In this document: positions 37,157 through 38,497 of the stretch, in pieces
Layout of the letters: each line of letters begins with the position of its first letter
Position numbering within the stretch: the stretch's first letter is position 1
Assembly: GCA_044869275.1 (NCBI GenBank)
Contig: JBIOXB010000203.1
Span: 1-38,497 of the forward strand
DNA length: 38,497 bases
Source: a bacterium
Lineage (GTDB): Bacteria > Zhuqueibacterota > Zhuqueibacteria > Zhuqueibacterales > Zhuqueibacteraceae
Direction: 5' to 3'
Program-made: the position numbers and the translations under genes
The notes under the pieces: model-generated
The model's database searches: none
Told to the model about the DNA's origin: nothing
What the model saw: the letters and a program-made list of their open reading frames with translations, nothing else

Positions 37157-38158
37157 CTAATTTATGGCAGCCCAGGAATTTTCCCTCGCGCTCTCATACA
37201 ACGCCTCGATCACTTTCATATTTGCCAGCGAATCCTCCAGCGGGATTGGCGCCGCCGTATCATTGATGATCGCCGCGCTGAACGCCCCGCCCTGCCTGGT
37301 AAATTGATTGCAAACTTCGAGGGAAATCTCTTCGGTCGCGCCGTTGCGCTGCAGAAAAATTCTTGCCGGTTGATCCAAAGGCGGATTCAAAGGAAGCTCG
37401 ACGTCAATTTTGCCCTCCGTGCCGAAAATCGTCACGCTTTGGTGGCGCACCAATTGCATCGAGCAGGTAAAGGTCGCGGTTTGATTCCCGAAGTCAAGAA
37501 TGCCGGAGATCATGCGATCAATATTGAAGGCCGGATCAATGTCCATGTGCATGCACACCCGCTTCGGCTCGGTGCCAAAGATGAAGCGAGACATGGAGGC
37601 GGAATAGCAACCGACATCGTACAACGTGCCGCCGCCCGTGTCAGGTTTATTGCGAACGTTCTGGGCATCCTGGTTGAAAAAAGAGAAGCACGAGTGCATC
37701 GTGCACACACGCCCGATTTTGTCGCTGTGCGCCAGCTCGCGCGCCATCTGCCATTGCGGATGCTGGCGATACATGAACGCCTCCATCACCTTGAGGCGCG
37801 GATGAGCCTGTGCGACGCGCAACAGTTGCTGCAATTCGCCCACGCCGGTCGCCATCGGTTTTTCGACGAGCACATGCTTGCCGGCTTGCACGGCTTTGAT
37901 CGACCACGGCACGTGCAAGTGATTCGGCAAGGGATTGTAGATGGCCTCGATTTCCGGATCGTTGAGCAGCTCTTCATAAGAACCATAAACCTTCGGCATG
38001 CCAAATTGCGTGGCCACTTTCTTTGCCGACTCAAAATTCCGTGAGGCAATGGCGACGAGGTCGCAGTTCTGGCCTTGTTGCATCGCCGGGATGACTTTCT
38101 GTGTTGCGATTCTGGCTGTGCTCAAAATGCCCCAACGGATTTTACGCATATGATTCAC
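37157..38158 (-). CDS. Gfo/Idh/MocA oxidoreductase (aldose dehydrogenase-like)
   Basis: WGILSTARIA, YNPLPNHLH, VEKPM, MEAFMYR, GGGTLYDVGCY. Confidence 0.92.
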   Translation of the reverse strand: MNHMRKIRWGILSTARIATQKVIPAMQQGQNCDLVAIASRNFESAKKVATQFGMPKVYGSYEELLNDPEIEAIYNPLPNHLHVPWSIKAVQAGKHVLVEKPMATGVGELQQLLRVAQAHPRLKVMEAFMYRQHPQWQMARELAHSDKIGRVCTMHSCFSFFNQDAQNVRNKPDTGGGTLYDVGCYSASMSRFIFGTEPKRVCMHMDIDPAFNIDRMISGILDFGNQTATFTCSMQLVRHQSVTIFGTEGKIDVELPLNPPLDQPARIFLQRNGATEEISLEVCNQFTRQGGAFSAAIINDTAAPIPLEDSLANMKVIEALYESARENSWAAIN

Positions 38159-38496
38159 TTGTCGCTTTCAGATGGTCGCACCGGCGGCGCTACACCTTTA
38201 TTGTTCCATTTCCACACGACAAACTTGAGCGCGGTCTCGCCCGTATTCTTGATGCCATGCATATCCCAAGGGGCCGCATACAAAATGTCACCGGTTTGTG
38301 CCTCGAAGCTCTTGCCGTTTAAATGCCAGGTTCCTTGACCCGCGAGCACCATCAGGAACTCCTCTTCGGCATGCTGATGCGGCGGATGAATTTCCTGACC
38401 CGGCTTGATCACCGCAACCCCGGTTAGGGCGTCCTGCGTACCGTACGTTTCGCCTTGATAATAAGTGTAAAACGTGCCCCACGCCGTATTCTCCGC
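38155..38496 (-). CDS. Cupin domain protein (5' end beyond the window)
   Basis: HPPHQHAEEE and PWDMHG cupin motifs; the frame is open to the window edge. Confidence 0.88.
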   Translation of the reverse strand, partial: AENTAWGTFYTYYQGETYGTQDALTGVAVIKPGQEIHPPHQHAEEEFLMVLAGQGTWHLNGKSFEAQTGDILYAAPWDMHGIKNTGETALKFVVWKWNNKGVAPPVRPSESDK

Positions 38497-38497
38497 G

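Noticed and set aside
32828..38044. Long plus-strand ORFs (575, 394 and 306 aa)
   Set aside because: Antisense shadows of well-supported ABC and oxidoreductase genes, with no recognisable motifs.
1..38497. cas genes, rRNA, tRNA or an intact transposase/integrase
   Set aside because: None recognised; any cas operon would lie outside the window.

Overview
Bacterial genomic window; the kinase family and repeat style suggest KSB1 or a similar diderm lineage (inference only). The left ~2.1 kb is a decaying accessory zone. It holds the trailer end of a class 1-type CRISPR array (37-bp repeat ending ATTGAAAC; no cas genes in the window). Between the last full repeat and a truncated terminal repeat lies a ~480-bp, heptamer-repeat-flanked cassette with a four-helix-bundle (23S rRNA-IVP/Avd-like) gene remnant. 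An IS21 left-end remnant and a UPF0175 plus broken DUF3368 pair follow. The rest is mostly sugar oxidation and uptake: SemiSWEET, two HAD phosphatases, three Gfo/Idh/MocA oxidoreductases, a Tat TIM-barrel protein, a DUF1080/NupG/GMC 3-ketoglycoside-type operon interrupted by an inverted-repeat-flanked double GxxExxY gene, a PqqU-like TonB receptor between two PQQ-type dehydrogenases, an aldo/keto reductase, and a XylFGH-like ABC system with two binding proteins. Also present are a tricorn protease, a DUF3179 protein, a hicBA pair and two broken Ser/Thr kinases. Intergenic DNA is dense in MITEs carrying REP-like palindromes and in 7-8-mer tandem-repeat tracts. Several accessory genes appear hollowed out by internal deletions. 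All family calls come from motif recognition by eye, not database searches.
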